A stretch of 54,733 nt of DNA from Candidatus Woesearchaeota archaeon. GTDB taxonomy: Archaea > Nanobdellota > Nanobdellia > Pacearchaeales > GW2011-AR1. The notes beneath the pieces are model-generated. The model was not told where the DNA came from. It searched no databases and saw only the letters and a list, made by a program, of their open reading frames with translations. The DNA lies in contig CAYTHI010000005.1 of the NCBI GenBank assembly GCA_964437555.1, positions 1 to 54,733 on the forward strand, written 5' to 3'. The position numbers and the translations under genes are program-made. Of the stretch, positions 54,466-54,733 are shown one piece after another (position 1 is the first letter of the stretch; every line of letters begins with the position of its first letter).

Positions 54466-54732
54466 TTAGGGCAGAGTAAGTAGCTGATTTAATACTGGCA
54501 ATTTATTTCTTGGATTTTCTCTAAAGTATTCCCGGGCGTAAGAGTGCACTCTGCCATTTCTTAAGATATCATCTCTTGTCAGCCATCCCATATCAGCACT
54601 ATCATCTATTGAGATGCTTTCTCGTGCACCATTTCTTAATTTATGATAAAGAGCAACAGCCCAATAATGCGTTTCAAAACAGTTATCTCTTAATTGATAT
54701 TCTTCTGCAAGAAATCCTTGGCTTTCAAGCCA
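54466..54732 (-). CDS. NUDIX hydrolase C-terminal part (GDP-mannose mannosyl hydrolase-like), partial
   Basis: ...DNCFETHYWAVAL...MGWLTRDDIL...VHSYAREYF resembles the THY...RW...VH..AYF tail of NudD/Gmm. Confidence 0.5.
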   Translation of the reverse strand, partial: WLESQGFLAEEYQLRDNCFETHYWAVALYHKLRNGARESISIDDSADMGWLTRDDILRNGRVHSYAREYFRENPRNKLPVLNQLLTLP

Positions 54733-54733
54733 A

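Overview
AT-rich archaeal window, most likely from a DPANN genome of the Pacearchaeota type (inferred from the archaeal ribosomal proteins, AglB, aIF5A, AMP phosphorylase and compact, mostly leaderless genes). Bases 1-140 are the end of an IS481-like element. Bases ~0.2-24.7 kb are a large surface/N-glycosylation locus: GT2/GT4/GT8/GT-C enzymes, flippase, AglH, AglB, a dTDP di/trideoxy-sugar pathway and glycan-decorating enzymes. Bases ~26.6-41.4 kb are the S10-spc ribosomal superoperon with secY. The rest holds housekeeping genes (AMP phosphorylase, intron-containing tRNA-Ser, L1-L10-P1, site-2 protease, eL40, aIF5A, FKBP, ftsZ, secE). Best candidate for a new system: an anticodon-less tRNA-Ser-like RNA (1640-1720; its anticodon loop is replaced by a C(UUCG)G tetraloop) lying tail-to-tail with a FemABX-family aminoacyl-tRNA-dependent transferase inside the glycan locus. 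This suggests a dedicated non-translating aminoacyl carrier for glycan aminoacylation. Other notable observations: an alpha/beta-hydrolase fused in frame to ribosomal protein uL22, a pseudoknotted 5' leader over the uL1 Shine-Dalgarno, a structured uL3 leader, an actinomycete-like 2,3,6-trideoxyhexose pathway, and orphan genes inserted into the ribosomal operon. All calls are by eye; no database searches were run.
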